Part shown: positions 48,908 through 61,676 of the stretch, piece by piece | Layout of the letters: each line of letters begins with the position of its first letter | Position numbering within the stretch: the first letter of the stretch is position 1 | Source: Podospora anserina | Taxonomy: Eukaryota | Assembly: GCA_017654855.1 (NCBI GenBank) | Contig: CM030336.1 | Coordinates: forward strand, 2,852,001 to 2,916,000 | Direction: 5' to 3' | Length of the DNA stretch: 64,000 nt | The notes under the pieces: generated by a model | Told to the model about the DNA's origin: nothing | Seen by the model: only the letters and a program-made list of their open reading frames with translations | Database searches by the model: none | Made by a program: the position numbers and the translations under genes

Positions 48908-51131
48908 CTATATCCACTGTCCACTCTCACCCCTCGTTCCGCTCAGCGTGTTCATCATAGCCGGGGCAGTGTAGCCCGCAATGCCATTGTTCATGGTAGC
49001 ATCCATATCACTGAGATGAGGTTGTTGGTAGCCAAACTGCAGCTGGGCGGGATCAATGTGTATTGTTCCGTGGACATTGGGGTCCGCACCACACGGAAAG
49101 AAGCCGGAAGCAGGATCGTTGGCGGCGATGTCGCTGAGGTTAGCAGGGAAGTAGACGAATCCAGGGGTTGTGTCCACCGAGGATGTAGATGTTGGGAATG
49201 GCAGGCTTGTGGCATAGTTTGCATCAAACCCACCCCATCTGCTTTCGGGTTGTACACAGTCGATGGGCGCATTTGGCTGCAACCGCTGTTGTGAAGGAGG
49301 ACATGTAGCGCCAAGTTGAGATCGAACACGAATTGTGGGCGGCTTTGGCTCTTTGATACTGGCAAAACCTGAAGACAGTGATCGGTCTTGTTGCCCTTGC
49401 CGTGTCGTCTCCAAAGCCACGGAAGGGTATCTTGCGGAAGTCCTTGGTGTCGCTGTCTCAGAAGAATCAAGCTCAATGCCAGAGTCACGGTCATGTACGT
49501 TACTCCAAAGCACACGTGCCATCGATCTCGAAATGCGGTTGTTGGTTCGGCTTCCTTGCCTATTGACGTAGTCCATCTTCAAAGCCAATGTGGGTAAGAT
49601 CGTGAACAGCCGACTCAAACAAGGACTTGATGATGACGCAAAGACCCTCAAACTGCTCCTCGTCAGGAACATAGGACTGGACGACAGGCTTGAGGTACTC
49701 GAGCTTTTGAACAAAGGCGGGCTCCAATTCATGGTGTTCGAGAACTGGAACAAAGTGGAACGGTTCAATCTTGTTGTCGGGGTCTTCAGGGAAGGCAAGC
49801 TGCCAGAGATGCTTCCACTGATCTTCATCCGATGGACCACAATCTCGGCCCCTGAACCTGATCCGGGAGGCTGTCTCGCTATTGATTCCGTCCTCTGGGT
49901 CTGAGCGCTTGTAGTTGCAGGGTTCTCGTTCGCAGTGCAGCTCAAGCGCATTTCGAGAGGGAAAACCCTTTTGCATCGCTGGCATGTCACAATCTCCGAG
50001 TCAGCCATGTGTTTGTTGAGAATGTGTTTCCTGGGCCAGTTTTAGTAATACTCCAGGTTGGTATTTCGGGGGTTCAGGGGTTCAGGGGCTCTGGGTTAGT
50101 TACCTGAGGTCGGAAAATTTGGTGAACATGGTCATGGCGCACGAGGTATGGTCCCTGACATTAAACCGAGAAGGATTGCGGGCACGGAAGATACACCGTA
50201 GCTTTGAGGCAGTCGAATTGTGCTCCTCTCCAGAGTCCCTTGGGTCTCCCATGATGCTTCCAGACTCCTCTTCGTCATCCTGGTCATTTTCCTCGTCGCT
50301 AAGTCTTCTCTTTTTGTTCGCTTTTGGTTTTTCCTTCCCCTTTCCTGTGGACTTGTCGATTTGAGATGATGATGGGCGTTGCGGCAGAGTACCAGCTGCC
50401 CCGGACGAGGGAATGTCCGTCTCAACTGGGGCTTGCAAGAAATCTTCAAATGAGTCTACAATCGCTGCAATCTGTTCTGCATACGCATATGTAATGACCT
50501 TACATGCCTCGAGAATCTCGCGAGGGACGTCACTGCTGTTGATCCCGCGAAGTGTTGGTAGACTGAAACTCAGAATATGATCTGCCTCCTCCACCGTGAC
50601 GGCATCATTGTCGGGTCCAGCAGTGACCTCACTGTGATAATCAACGTCGTTCATGTCCTGCTCAAGTTCCGTGGGTTCTGCCGGCAACATCAAAGAGACT
50701 GCTCCCATCCCTTCCTGAATCTCTTTGACTGATGCATCTTGGCCATCCTTTTGGCCAATGCAAATATGGTCCCATTCATTAGACTCGTCGGACTCGTAAC
50801 CAGGTGACGATGGAGTGGATATGGGGCCGCTGGGGCGCTCTGGTGAGAAGTGAAAGCCAGATAGTCGTGATAGTGACCTTGGAGTAGCGGGCGGTGACTT
50901 TCCCCGCGAAGAAACCCCGTACATAAAAGAATTGTCTTCGAGAACAACAGCAGAGTCGATTGAGGTGGATTGACGATGTTGCATGGCTGCTGAATCAGGT
51001 GTAGAGGACGGAGTAGGTGGAAGGCGGCCCATCTTCTTCAGGTTCCAAGGCACCCAGGCGTCTACTGTGGCATGACGTTGATAATGGACGGCAGTTCCCT
51101 CTTTCAGCGCATCCTCGTTGTCGAAATCCAT
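48908..51131 (-). CDS. C2H2-type zinc-finger-like protein (putative regulator) with two compensating 1-nt frameshifts in exon 2
   Basis: Exon 1 ends LRCIFRARNPSRF...SC...FTKFSDLR. Exon 2 starts KHILNKH...CQRCK, but the family-like text (FPSRNALELHC...DPEDGI...QWKHLWQLAFPED) lies in a different frame between about 49970 and 49582. Confidence 0.7.
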
Positions 51132-51409
51132 TTCAATTGTAGGTGCTACAGGCCCGGAGTAGCGGTGAGTTGGACAAACGAATGGAAAATGACTGTGGCA
51201 TGCACGGCATCATGCAGAATGTCAGGTAGTGGGACAAATCTCTGGGACAAGATTGGCAGAAAGTGTGGGAATGACAATTTCTTTGCATGGAAATCCCGAG
51301 AGACGAGGTCTCCCGCGATGCTGGAGTCTGCCTGTAGCAAGGCACCCAGGGCAGGGTGCCTCTTTGGGATGAACGGGTGATGATTGGCTCATGACACCTA
51401 TGGTCAGCA

Positions 51410-51985
51410 GGTTGATGTTTCGCGCCCTTACAACTTGGTGTGTGTTACTGTTCGAAACGACTCCAACCCATCCATGATGACCACCACAAGACTAACTAAC
51501 CGTCATCATCATCTCAGGTCGAGACATTCTACAGCAAGAGTCTAGTCACGCCCGCCTTGCCCAGTGATGTTTTGCAAAATGTTGCGAATTACTCGGTCCA
51601 AAAAGCCATGTCCAACAACCGCAACTGGTTCATCATCATCGATCTATATGGGGGTGCCAACTCGGCCATCACAAAGGTGCCCAGCAACGAAACGGCCTAT
51701 GCGTTTTGCGATCCCAACAATCACCTCTTTCTTTACGAGTTTTACGACCGTGTAAACTTTGGCTCCTACCCATCAAATAGGTTTGAATTCTTGGACGGCT
51801 GGGTCAAGAGTTTCACCGATGGGCTCACCAGAGACCAATGGGGAATGTACATCAACTACGCCGACCCGACTATGAATCGAACCACGGCGCAGGATGTCTA
51901 CTACAGAAAGAACCTGCCGAAGCTGAGAGGGCTAAAGACCGAGCTTGATCCCACCGAGCTCTTTTACTACCCACAGGCTATTTAG
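51410..51985 (+). pseudogene. 3' fragment of an FAD-linked oxidase (berberine-bridge-enzyme-like, AA7-type)
   Basis: ETFYSKSLV, IIDLYGGANSAI, YINYADP...YYRKNLPKLRGLKTELDPTELFYYPQAI BBE motif; no room or ORF upstream for the FAD-binding N-terminal domain. Confidence 0.75.
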
Positions 51986-52061
51986 CCCATTTGATTGTGG
52001 GACAATCAGGGCCGGCGTGCAGCACAATGAAACGAGGGTCTCGGATGTGTCACGAGGTATT

Positions 52062-53600
52062 TTAGAGATTTATACAAGGGAGTTGAACAGGAATAATAGG
52101 TACCAGAGAAAGCTGGCACACCACCAAGCGAGAGAGAAGCAGAGTAGTAGTATCAGCCTTTGTTTTATTATCCGGAACAGAACAGGTCAAAGCTCTTGTC
52201 GAGTGAGTAGTACTTTGGTCTCTGATGCTCTGCGTAGTAGTAGTAATAGTAGACCATGCTGCCTGAAGCGGCCTCCTGTCCACTTCAGCACCGGCCTCGT
52301 GTTCAGACACCTTGAGTCTCAAAAAGCGCTGCTGACCAGAAACTCCCTTGTCATAAACCCACTTGTTTGATCCGTCTTGTTCAACGTGGTTGTATCCGTA
52401 CTCTACTCCGAATTCAAAGAGAGCACCCAACCCCTCCATTGCGTACAGCACCGTCAGGGGGTCGAATGACGGACGAGGTGTTGCGTAGCCGTAGTAGACA
52501 TACGCGGCCTTGACCGGGTCATCCCGCGGGCCTTGGTTGATCAGACGAAGGCCAGACGTCACGTTTTGCCCCATCTCGAACCCGGAAAAGGTGATTGGGC
52601 TGCCCTTCCAGGTGTTGACAACATGGGCGGTAATAGATGGGTTGCCCTGGCACGCAATGTTTTGGTTAGTAGTGTGCTTCTCTCTCTCTCTCTCTGCTTG
52701 CCCCCAGACTACCTACCTACCCGCAGTGGCCAGGGGTAGGGTAGGAGACAAATAACTAAAAAAGGCCATGTGGCTGGCTTTGGTAACTCACACCCCAAAA
52801 GTTGTATTCGTAGCCGGAGGGATATTCACCACCCATGATTACCAGTTCCGAGACCTTGGCGGCGATAAGATCGGGACCTGAAAGCGGGGAGTAGATATCT
52901 GACGAGGAATTAAGAAGCCCAGACAACTAGTTGCGTTCGACAGCACGCCAATGATAGTTAGCGATCTGAACAAGGTGGAAGCATGGCAGATGAAGCCAAA
53001 AGTAGTAGAGCGGTAAGGTAGGTAGGGGTGGTGGGGGGGCAAATATATTCAAACATTATCAAAGAATCCAATGGAAACGATGGTGACGCTTTGATCGGGG
53101 GCTTCGGAGAGGACTTTTCGATACAGCGCGACTGGGTCCCAGGCGTCCTCGGCACGGCCCCAGGGCAACGAACCCCCAGACCAGTGATAGGCCACTTTGC
53201 TTGTGTATTCGCCTTATTCAAAAACCAAGAATCGAAGAAGGTGACATTGGTCAACAGACGCCGGATCCCGATGGGTGTGTCATGACCATAATGGGCCAGA
53301 ATGGCAGATGCTGCCAGGGCCGAGTAGGTGGAGGGGAAATTGATATTGACGGCGAGGAGGTCAACTGAAGATGATGTGGCTGCGAGCAGTAGGGCCCCGG
53401 CGTCGCTGAAGAAGGCAAGTAATTGCGCAATGAGTTAGGAGAGAAGGAAATGAGGCACAATTCTGAGGTAGATCGACTCACTCAACGTCACTGAATAAAC
53501 CAGTGTCTATGATGAGACGTTTTACTTTTGTTGGAGAGGCGGCGTGTGCAGCATGTATTATGCCGGTGAAAGCCAGGAGGAGAACGAGGCGATGAATCAT
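52062..53600 (-). pseudogene. Secreted inosine/uridine-preferring nucleoside hydrolase pseudogene
   Basis: MIHRLVLLLAFTGIIHAAHA signal, LIIDTGLFSDVD/DAGALLLAATS, SVTIVSIGFFDN, VIMGGEYPSGYEYNF, PSFDPLTVLYA; frameshift plus stop near 53215-53225; DTD motif altered to DTG. Confidence 0.8.
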
Positions 53601-54241
53601 AATGTTCGATGTTGTTGTTATGATGTCGTGAGATGTTGGCAAATGATGTTTGAGAGTGACATCAAGGTCGTGGCTTGTAATGTTGGTGTAGGGTGTTACT
53701 TATGGCCAATAGCATGGCGGGGTTGGGCACCTTTGCCCCTACCATCTTCGCAACATATATACACTCAGGGTTCCACGAAAGCAGTTGGCGGAAAACATAG
53801 CGGCTGGCACCCTAGCTGGATAAGGGTATATAATATATATACATACAAACTTGCGTTCGACGCAGGCCAGAGGTGGCTGCCCAAAACGAGATCCCTCTCT
53901 CCAGTGGCATTGAGCCCCCCCTAACACACGCGTTTCCTTTGTCACGTCACGCATTGGTTGATTGTACTTGACTTATCCTTGCAGCGTCGTGCTCCAAGAA
54001 AACGCCGGTCAACTGCTTGCCCAAAAAAGTTAACTAAGGCAATTCTAAGCCAGTGATACACAATTAGCTAGAGCTTACGGTTTCGAAGTGGCACCTATGA
54101 CATATAGATTTGTTCCCCCACTCCTTATATATCAGAGAGCCCCAGTGACTCCAAAGAGAGGGGGTAGATCGTGATCGGAGGCTATAAATAACTCCGCTAC
54201 GTCAAATGAACCTAGCCGAATAGGCAGCGCCACCTACACTA

Positions 54242-56104
54242 ACGTATATTATAAGCGAGTCGTACATATAAGCGAGTCGTACAGTCTCCACCACCCTACA
54301 ACAACTATCCTCAATTATACCGCAACAATATTAGGAAGCAACTACAATTACATCAGAAACGGCTGAATCAGATGATTCCCCAGCCTCCTAGTAAGTGCGC
54401 GCGTTATGGCCAGGCTTGCCGCACACACCACAGCACCGAACCGTCGTACGAGCCCCCCCTACACTACCGCTATCCGGCTGTATTTCTTCTATTACTTCCC
54501 CACCCACGGCCTTCTAGTTTAGTAGATCCTATATATCTTATATAGTAAGTGATCCTTCGAGTTATATATATATTTTTTTAATTTTCCGGTATTTACTTAA
54601 TACTTTATTAACCTTATAGAGCAAAGAAACCTCTATTTATAAAAGGGTTATTTAGTATATTATAATTATCGTACTTTTAATAAATTAATTTATAGTATTT
54701 AATATTAAAGTCGTAGAATTATTTTAATAATTAATAATACGAATTTTAATAAATATTAAATATAAATTAATTTTTTAAAGGTTTTATAATATTTAAAATA
54801 CTTAAAAAAGTATTGTATCTAGCCTTAAAAATAAAAATATTAATATATAAAGCTTTATATTTAATTTAAAAAGTATCCTTTTTAAATTATATAATATAAA
54901 ATTAATATTTATAAAATTATTTTATATATTTTTCTTTATTATAAAAATAAAAAAGGTTTTACGGAAAGTATAAAGAAATTTAAATTTATTTATATAATTA
55001 ATATATATATATATTAAACCTTCGATTTAATAATTATATATTTATTTTAATAATTTAAAATAATTAATATTAAATAATTAAAGGAAATAAAAAAAATATA
55101 AAAGTATATAAAATATAATAATATTATTTTATTAATAATAATATTTAAATTTAATTAAATAATAATTTTTATAATTATTAAAGATTAATAATTAATATTT
55201 ATTTTTTATATAAAATATTATATAATAATTAAAATATTTAATTTAATTTAAGTTTATTAAATTAATAATTTAATTATTATTAATAATTATAATATATTAA
55301 ATAAATAATAAATTATATTTAATAATATTAATTAATAAAATAATATTATATAATTAAAATAATAAAGGGTAAAATAGTTTAACCGAAAATATTAATTTTT
55401 TAAATTATTATTATTTATTTATAATTATTAAATTAATTTAATTTTATTTTATTAAAATTATTTAAAATTATAATTATTATATTTATAAAAATAATATTTA
55501 TTATAAATTTAATTTCGTTAAAATTATAAATATTATTATTTATAATACTATATTTAATTTTAATATTTTATATAAATATAAATTATTCGGTAATAATTTT
55601 TAAATTTTTATACTTAGTTATTTAATAATTATATTTATATATAAAATATATATAGAATTATAATTAACGTTTAACGAAATTATATATTTAAAGTTTATTA
55701 ATAAGGGGTACGTTACGTATATATAATAATTAATTAATTATATTTTTTATATTACATAATTTTAATTAAAAAACTCGCGTAAATAGTTTAATAATATAAT
55801 AAATAATAACTTTCTTTTCGGATTAAATAAGTTTTTTTGATTTAAGCGTAGTATCGTATTATATAGGCCGGCCGGCGCGTTAATTAAAAAGAGTTATAGG
55901 TAATACGTTATAAAGCTTAGGTATAGCTCGGAGGCTTAATTTTTCGTCCTTTTAAAGAGCTTTAAGGGCTAAGAGTATCCTGGCTTCCTTTAAAGTAGGA
56001 GGTATGTTAGGTTATGGAAAAAATTAATGTTAGGTGTAAGGAGGACGCGTCGTGGTGGAGACTATACGACTCGCTTATATATACGATTCGCTTATAATAT
56101 ACGT
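54242..56104 (-). mobile_element. Fot1/pogo-type (Tc1/mariner superfamily) DNA transposon, 1863 bp, heavily RIP-mutated (copy A)
   Basis: TA|ACGTATATTATAAGCGAGTCGTAC...GTCTCCACCAC and its inverse ending ...ATATACGT|TA; TA target duplication; extreme AT/TpA richness inside. Confidence 0.93.
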
Positions 56105-56171
56105 TAAAGGCTTTATAACTAACCTCCTTCCTACCACCCTAAACGCCATTTATACTATTCTATAGTCTATA

Positions 56172-58033
56172 ACGTATATGATAAGCGAGCGACGCAGACA
56201 AGCGAGCGACGCACTCTCTACTACCTTACTATAACTATCCTTAATTACTAGACTATAATATTAAGAACCAATTATAATTACGTTAGAAATAGTTGAATTA
56301 GACCCTTCTATAGCCTCCTAGTAAGTGCGGGAATTATAGCCAGGCTTACCGCACACACTACAGTACTAAACCTTCGTACGAGCCCCCCTAGTATTACCGC
56401 TATCCGGCTATATTTCTTCCACTACCTCCTTACCTACAGCCTTTTAATCTAATAAATCCTATATATTTTATATAGTAAATAATTCTCCGAACTATATACG
56501 TATTTTTTTAGTTTTCCAGCGTTTATTTAATACTTTATTAACTTTATAGAGCGAAATGTTTTTTAATTAAAAGAGGGTTACTTAATATATTATAACTATT
56601 ATACTTTTAGTAAACTAGTTTATAGTAATTAATATTAAAGTCGGGGAACTATTTTAATAATTAATAATACGAGTTTTAATAAACGTTAACTATAAATTAG
56701 TTTCTTAGAGGTTTTATAGTATTTAAAATACTTAAAGTAATACCGTGCCCGGCTTTAAAAATAAAGGTATTAATATACGAAGTTTTATATTTAATTTAAA
56801 AAGTATTTTTTTTAAATCGTATAGTATAAAGTTAATACCCGTAAAGCTACTCTATATATTCTTCTCCGTTATAAAAGCGAAAAAGGTTTTACGGAAAATA
56901 TAAAGGAACTTAAGTTTATTTATATAATTAATATATATATATATTAAATCCTCGATTTAGCGGCCGTACGCTTACTTTAATAATTTAAAGTAATTAATAT
57001 TAAGTAATTAAAGGAAGTAAAAGGAATATAGAAATATATAAAATATAATAATATTACTTTATTAATAATAACGTTCGAATTTAATTAAATAATAATTTTC
57101 GTAATTATCGAAGATTAATAACCGGTATTTACTTTTCGTACGGGATATTATATAATAATTAAAATATTTAATTTAATTTAGGTTTACCGGATTAATAATT
57201 TAATTATTATTAATAATTATAATATATTAAATAAATAATAAATTATATTCGGTATATTAATTAGTAAAATAATATTATATAATTAAAATAATAAAGGGCG
57301 GGATAACCTAATTAAAAGTATTAACTCTTTAGATTACCGTTACTTATTCGCGGTTATTAAACTAAATTAATTTTACTTTATTAAAGCCGTCCGAGATTAT
57401 AATTACTATACTTACGAAAATAATATTTATTATAAACCTAATTTCATCGAAATTATAAATATTATTATTTATAATACTATATTTAACTTTAATATTCTAT
57501 ACGAATATAAACTACTTAATAATAACCTTTAAATCCTCGTACTTAACCCTCTAATAATTATATTTATACGTAAAATATATACGGAACTATAATTAATATT
57601 TAACAAAATTATAAGCTTAACGTTTATTAATAAGAAGCGCGTCGTATACGTATAGTAATTAGTTAGCTATATCTTCTATACTATTTAATTTAGGTAGGAA
57701 TACGCGTATAAATAACTTAAGGACGTACTGAACTATCGTCTTCTCCTTTAGATCCGTTAAATTACGTAAGTTAGCCGGAATATTATATCGCATTGGTCGG
57801 CCATTACGCTTATAGCGGAGGATTACTTCTAGGACGTTATATAACTTAGCTGTAGTGCGGATACTAAGATCTTCCTTATTTTAAATAGTTTCGAGGGTAA
57901 GAAGAAGTCTCGCTTTTTTTAAAGGGCCGTCTATGGTTATTAGTGGTGAATTATAGTAGAAGATATTGAAGAGACGCGTTGTGGTGGAGAGTGCGTCGCT
58001 CGCTTATCTGCGTCGCTCGCTTATTATGCACGT
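56172..58033 (-). mobile_element. Fot1/pogo-type DNA transposon, 1862 bp, RIP-mutated (copy B, different TIR)
   Basis: TA|ACGTATATGATAAGCGAGCGACGCAGACAAGCGAGCGACGCAC... and its inverse ...TGCGTCGCTCGCTTATTATGCACGT|TA; interior collinear with copy A. Confidence 0.93.
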
Positions 58034-58093
58034 TACAATTCGATTTATACTTTCCGACCACCCGCATCTACCGCCGTATTCTCGGCCTTTAGC

Positions 58094-59193
58094 TTATAAA
58101 TCTCGACTAAAGCGCTCCTCGTCGTCGTCCCGAAATTCATAGGCTAGCCTGAATTTAAATACGCTTTCGCTAATAGCTAAGGTAGGATTCGGACAGGTAT
58201 TAGTAACGCCGCCAAGAAACGTGAAGCTACGGTTATAAAGATCGCAAAACGGGATATTAAAATAGCGGATAAACTTAATTAATAGTTATTAGCGTTACTC
58301 GTCTAGGTATACAGGTAACGACGTACTAAACTTACTGCCTAGATTTCAATATAATACTAGTCGATCACGGGATAAATACGTATAAACTACGGCTAGCCTG
58401 CATTAGTGGGGTTAAAATACGAGAGAAACTCCCTATGGGGGTCGGTCCGTCTTGTCCCGAGAAATATAGCTTAATAGCGGGACGGTCCAGCAGATATACC
58501 TCGAGCGCGGGCCGCATTAGTAGCGCATACCGTTTCAGGTCGAGGTTATACTCCTGCGCCATTCTTTCCACAAACTCCTCGACCTCGGTAAACGGATGAC
58601 GAGAGACAATGTATATCGACTGGAGGGGCTTGTTTGTGATGGGTTCCGACGTTGGCGGTTGTGATGGCGGAGTCGGGATTTCCGACGGGGCTGCAGCGAC
58701 GGCACTCCCAGAGGAAGTCGGCGGGGGGCTGGTGCAAGTTGGCAAGCAAGCCAGGATCAAAATCAGGAGGACGAGACAGTCCTTGCCGCCGTTGTACGAG
58801 AGAGAGAGGTGATCGAGCCTACACGCAAGGTCAGCATCGTGTCGCAAAGGCAGCACATCACAAACGGCACGGCCCCCGCCTCACCTCGGGCAAGAAATGA
58901 CGCAGCACCTACCCATATTGGCGCAGCGCCTCCTCGATCACGCCCATGGACACCCGGATCTGGCTCTGCACATTGCGCAAGACATTGTCGTTGGTGATGG
59001 CCTCGGTCAGAAAGGCATCGACCTTGCCTTGCAGCTCGTAGCAGATATCTGGCAGGGTGCGCTGCGGCGGTTGCGCGACGGGCACGGGCTCATCTGGCTT
59101 CGCAACTCCGTTGGTTCTCGGGGTGTCCTGGGAAGCGACCGTGTTGTCGTGTATCATGGCGGCGGTGTTGTTGCTGGCGAGCGAGCAAGACAT
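58094..59193 (-). pseudogene. FAD1: FAD synthetase (FAD1-like, PAPS-reductase family) pseudogene
   Basis: SLSYNGGKDCLVLL, PFTEVEEFV, (frameshift) FLGTRRTDPH, IYPVID*YY.EI*, PFCDLYNRSFTFLGG.TNTCPNP, AYEFRDDDEERFSRD; TGG>TAG and CAG>TAG stops in the 3' part. Confidence 0.88.
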
Positions 59194-59522
59194 GGCTGGT
59201 GAAGTGAACCTCTGTCAGATGCCAGACCCGACTTCGATGGCCGCCCCCCAGCCCAGACACCATGTGTAATTACACGCGCTGTTACGGATTGCTCATTTGA
59301 CTGCCGATGGACTAACAGAGCCTGCCGCCGCGTCGCAGCAAGGTCAGGGGCCACTAACAAAACGATATCCACCAACTTGTTTGGTTTCATATTCAAAGAT
59401 TCCCTCCGGGGATGGTTAACAAGACAATAAACGCTCCTTCAACTCCGGCTTCGCCGTCTGAAGCGCCATCTTATTCTCGCCCAGAGTTACGAAGAGTAGA
59501 AACGACTTTTAGCGGAGCGATA

Positions 59523-61385
59523 ACGTATTTGATAAGCGAGCGGATCGGACAAGCGAGTGGATCGATTTCCACTACCCTATTACAACTATCCTCAATTGCA
59601 AAACAATAACACTATTAACCTACTACAATTACATCAGAAATAGCTGAATCAGACTCTTCTGCAACCTCCTGGCACGTACGGATATTATGGCCAAGCTTAC
59701 CGCACATACCACAGCACTGAACCTTCGTACGCCCTCCCCCTACCCTACTACTACCCTGCTCCTTTCCTTACGCTACCTCTCCACCCACAGCCTTCTAGTC
59801 CAGTAAATCCTGTGTATCTTATATAGTAAGTGATTCTCTAAGCTATACGCGTATTTTTTTTACTTTCCGGCGCTTACTTAATACTTAGTTCGTTTTACGG
59901 AGCGAAGATACTTTTAATTAAAAGAGAGTTATTTAATATATTATAGTTATTATACTTTTAGTAAATTAATTTATTATAATTAATATTAATGTCGGGAAAT
60001 TATTTTAATAATTAATAATATAAATTTTAATAAACGTTAATTATAAATTAATTTCTTAAGGGTTTTATAATATTTAAAATATTTAAAGTAATACTATACC
60101 CGGCTTTAAGGATAGAAGTATAAACGTACAAAACTTTATATTTAATTTAAAAAATATTTTTTTTAAATTATATAATATAAAGTTAATACCCGTAAAATTC
60201 TTTTATATATTTTTCTCCGTTATAAAAGCGAAAAAGGTTTTACGGAAAGTATAAAAAAATTTAAATTTATTTATATAATTAATATATATATATATTAAAC
60301 CTTTAATTTAATAATTATATATTTATTTTAGTAATTTAAAATAATTAATATTAAATAATTAAAAAAAAATAAAAAGAGTATAGAGGTATATAAAATATAA
60401 TAATATTATTTTATTAATAATAATATTTAAATTTAATTAAATAATAATTTTTATAATTATCGAAGATTAATAACCGGTATTTATTTTTCGTACAGAATAT
60501 TATATAATAATCGAAATACTTAATTTAATTTAAATTTATTAAATTAATAATTTAATTATTATCGATAATTATAATATATTAAATAAATAATAAATTATAT
60601 TTAATATATTAATTAATAAAATAATATTATACGGTTAAAATAATAAAAAGTAAAATAGTTTAATTAAAGGTATTAATTTCTTAAATTACTATTACTTACT
60701 CGCGATTATTAAATTAAATTAATTTTATTTTATTAAAGCTATCCGAAATTATAATTATTATATTTATAAAAATAATATTTATTATAAATTTAATTTTATT
60801 AAAATTATAAATATTATTATTTATAATATTATATTTAACTTTAATATTTTATATAAACGTAAATTATTCGATAATAATTTTTAAATCTTTATATTTAACT
60901 TTTTAATAATTATATTTATACGTAAAACGTATACGGAACTATAATTAATATTTAATAAAATTATATATTTAATATTAATTAATAAGGGGCGCGTCGCGTA
61001 CGCGTAATAGTTAGTTAGTTATATCTTCCACGCTACTTAATTTAGGTAGGAATATACGTATAAATAGCTTAAAAACGTATTAAACTATCGTCTTTTCCTC
61101 TAAATCTATTAAATTACGTAAATTAATTAGAATATTGTGTCGTATAGGCTTACTAGCGCGCCGGCGATAGAGGGTAGTATAAAATATAGAATAAAGCTTC
61201 GCTATAGCTTTAAGGTTTAGCTTAGAGTTATTTTTAAGGGCTTCGAGTGTAAGAATAACTTTTGCTTTAACTAAAATCGAAGACATTTTGGTATGGTGGA
61301 GGAAATCGATGTTGCAGGTAGAGAGCTATATCGCGTACGAAATCGATCCACTCGCTTGTCCGATCCGCTCGCTTATCAAATACGT
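59523..61385 (-). mobile_element. Fot1/pogo-type DNA transposon, 1863 bp, RIP-mutated (copy C, third TIR type)
   Basis: TA|ACGTATTTGATAAGCGAGCGGATCGGACAAGCGAGTGGATCGATTTC and a perfect inverse at the right end |TA; residual HTH-like start (ILTLEALKNN...AIAKLYSIFYTTLYRR) at 61286 on -. Confidence 0.93.
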
Positions 61386-61676
61386 TACTAGTAGCCGTAA
61401 CTACTTTATTAGGCCCGTAGGATGACTCCATGACATGACGACTGAAAATGCCGCTATCAGAAAGCAAAAGATTCTTGCCCATATAACATGGAAACCAATT
61501 AATAATATTGTTGTGTGGACTCAAAAACGCCCACCCTAGGTACCACTTTTACTTGCTCGCCTCAAATACCTATTTACCTATCTAAGGCGGCCCGGGTGTC
61601 TTGTATGAAGCTTTCAAAATCAAAGTACTAGGTAGGTCTAGTACGGATTAGTCCCTTGCCTAACGGCAAAGAAGAA

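Noticed and set aside
49960-49975. Programmed -1 ribosomal frameshift at GGGTTTT
   Set aside because: The heptamer is not in the required phase relative to the incoming frame, and a second compensating shift would still be needed
56172-61385. Composite transposon B-FAD1-C mobilised as one unit
   Set aside because: B and C have different TIR sequences and each has its own complete ends; a TA TSD cannot discriminate, so there is no positive evidence
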